Source of the DNA: Lama glama
Lineage: Eukaryota
Direction: 5' to 3'
Assembly: GCA_028534125.1 (NCBI GenBank)
Contig: CM052816.1
Location: forward strand, 42,782,001 to 42,846,000
Length of the DNA: 64,000 nucleotides
Shown here: positions 61,484-64,000 of the stretch, in pieces
Layout: each line of letters starts with the position of its first letter
Numbering within the stretch: the stretch's first letter is position 1
Position numbers and translations under genes: made by a program
The notes under the pieces: model-generated
The model's input: the letters and a program-made list of their open reading frames with translations, nothing else
What the model was told of the DNA's origin: nothing
Database searches by the model: none

Positions 61484-62927
61484 GTGAATATATCATCTGT
61501 TTTGTTGTATTAAAAGTAAAGAACATTTTCTATTTACGATCTCTTCATAATAGCTCAACTTCTTGTGGAGAAATACTTTGCACATTGTTAACTAGTATGC
61601 TCTCCAATTTGCTGCTCAGTGATTGATAACATTGTTTATTTTATTAAATAATGAATGTGTATGGTTTATTTTCCTGTCCTTGCCACAAGAAATTCCTGGT
61701 TTTGTAATTATGTTGGTTTTTCAATTAGACATTAAAACAATTCTACTGTGAATTATTTGGGTGTTTTTCTTTTTATATTCACATGTAAGAGGAGTCCCAT
61801 GTAGGCTGTGTTGGGGGTGGTATGATAAAATAAGGGCAATGATTAGTAATCTTTAGAAGCTGAAATTTAACCTCTGCTTGGGTGATTTAGATTTGACTTT
61901 AGCAGATATTAATCCCTGTACATGCCATGGTGTAATTTGTCATACTTGAACAGTTATATATTAGAGAATTGAAACTATAGTAACGGGGAGCATGTCTGTA
62001 GGTCATGTTTAGAAATTTCCACAAGTTTATAGATAATAGCACATCTGTACTGTTTTGTGTTTCAGTCAGTATATTGAATATCATCCTTTTAAAATAGCTT
62101 CAGTAATATTCTCAGGGATACCTGAGGTCACTGCAAAGATTGCTTTAGAAGACTGTAAATTCAATGAAGAAAAATACTGATTAGGATCTTAAAATATGTG
62201 AAAATATATTTTTGAAATGAAAACAAAGCCAGGTGTTAGTTAATAACTGTGAGTGTGGTTTTGTGGTAGCATGGCACAGTTACTGCCCATGAGCTTACTT
62301 TTTTATAAGAAAAACAAGTCTACTTCCTGCCACATGTAGGTGATTGGGAAAACAATATAAAGCAGCATATAATGGTAAGTTATTCTCTGTAGCAGAAAAA
62401 AAAAGCATGCAACTTAGTGTGTCCAAGGAGGGTATCTTGAAAGTTCCCCGACTGCTTAGCACAGGTTTATGTCGACCACTCCTTGTCACCCAGTAGCAGG
62501 TACGTGTCTCAGAACTCATTGTTAGTTGTTGTCTTCCCAGTTAAGCTCAAAGAGAAGGGAAAAGACACAGGTTTTCTCTAATTACTTCCATCAGACCTGT
62601 GGCTTACCAAATGGATAGGTCTTGGTTAAAAGGGCTGCAGACTATGAGTTAGAGTGCCTTTTCATTGAGGACCAGAATCCCTAAGCCTGTAAAGAAGCTG
62701 TCGTGCCCAGCACTGTTCCAGGACTGTGTAGCTGAAACATTGTTTTCAGCATTGCCGATTGTGCTTCAGCAGTGAAGGTTTAGGTTCATGCGTATTTACA
62801 GTGACAAATCTGACTGTCCTTATTCTTTTATTTTGTGCTTTTTAAATCTAAGCAATTTAATATTAAGTTTATAAAATGAGTTGATATGTGTTTTTTTTGT
62901 TTGTTTGTTTTTGCCTTTTTCCTCTAG

Positions 62928-63023
<96 letters not shown>

Positions 63024-64000
63024 TAACCTATGTTATAAATAACCTATTAATAGAAAGTGGTATAAATATCACGTTAGTATAAACAACGATGATAATAATG
63101 ATAACAGGTAACATTGGAGGGCTCACTTTGTGCCAGTCACTGTGCTAGGTTCTTTGTATGTGGAAAATTGAAGCTCAGAGATGCCAGGTATCACTTCCAG
63201 GATCATACAGCTTGTAATGATTAAGCTTTGATTTGAGAGGCTTTGAGCACCGTCAGTCTGACATTATTATGTTTAAAAAATAAACCCAGAACTCAGCATA
63301 CATTTGCTAAAAATAATGAACATTTACAGAGATAATTTTGATTACATTTTCTCATTTTCTGTAAAATCTTCATGTTTGATTTGGTACTTGTTTATGAGTG
63401 CCCACCCTCCTCCCCTACCCGCCACCCGCATAGTTTAGATTTTTGTACTGCCAAATAGGAATCAGGCTACTAGTCTGAGTCTGTCACTGACTGACTGTTT
63501 TACCTTAGCATACCACTGCTGGATTTCATTTTTCTCACCTGAAAAAGAAGGGGATTGGCCTGATTGGCCTCCAGGGTCTTCTGGTTGAGAAATGGTAATA
63601 AATTAGTAAGTGGTTGATTATTTCAGCTCAGAGAATAGTGGGAGCATTACCCATACTGAAAAATCATTAATCAGGGTTTAGATATCTTTTACTGTATTTT
63701 ACCTTGGGTCTAATTCTGATTAATTAGTAAAACAAGCAGAGTTGGAAAAAGCAAACTCTTACTCCCATCAACTGGTAGCATTGGGGCAGTGGCATTACTA
63801 CAGTAATCTCTATGTAAGTCTTTGGACCAAGGGGCCCCAAAATTTGCATTTCTAACTGCTCCCAAATGAGGAGGATGTTGCTGGTTCCAGGGACTTCACT
63901 CTGAGTAGCATGGCTATAGGTCAGTAGATCTTAGATGCTTATCAGAGTTACCTAAGTAATTTTGCCTTATTTTTCAATTATTTTTTATTCTCAAAGATAA

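Noticed and set aside
62723..62750. Small hairpin gctgaaacattgttttcagc as a possible ncRNA
   Set aside because: Stem of only 7-8 bp; no snoRNA boxes or pre-miRNA-length stem around it.

Overview
Mammalian genomic DNA: AT-rich, with spliceosomal introns and L1/L2/MIR/LTR/DNA-transposon relics. I saw no Alu, B1, SINEC, PRE-1 or Bov-type SINEs, and the short young L1 3' ends look cetartiodactyl, probably camelid (inference). The window holds a head-to-head gene pair sharing a CpG-island promoter at about 33.7-34.7 kb. (1) ARSK, a lysosomal sulfatase, is complete on the minus strand: 8 coding exons, 33958->351, 1623 nt, 540 aa, intact CxPSR motif, all introns GT-AG. (2) SKIC3/TTC37, the TPR subunit of the SKI complex, runs on the plus strand from ATG 41290 past the window end. 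Sixteen coding exons are visible; about 1 kb of coding exons is missing at a 500-N gap. I found no prokaryote-type system (CRISPR etc.) and no credible new protein-coding gene. The most unusual structures are retrotransposition or repair products: an L1 whose internal part is replaced by a ~620-bp copy of SKIC3 intron sequence from 16.6 kb away, an inverted 5S rRNA/L1 chimera, and an L1 with an apparent 26-nt 3' transduction. There are also promoter and 5'UTR features (CLEAR-like box, ZNF143 and NRF1 motifs, a possible uORF/N-extension switch) and a consensus CTCF site. Repeat family names and comparisons with human come from memory and need RepeatMasker/BLAST confirmation.
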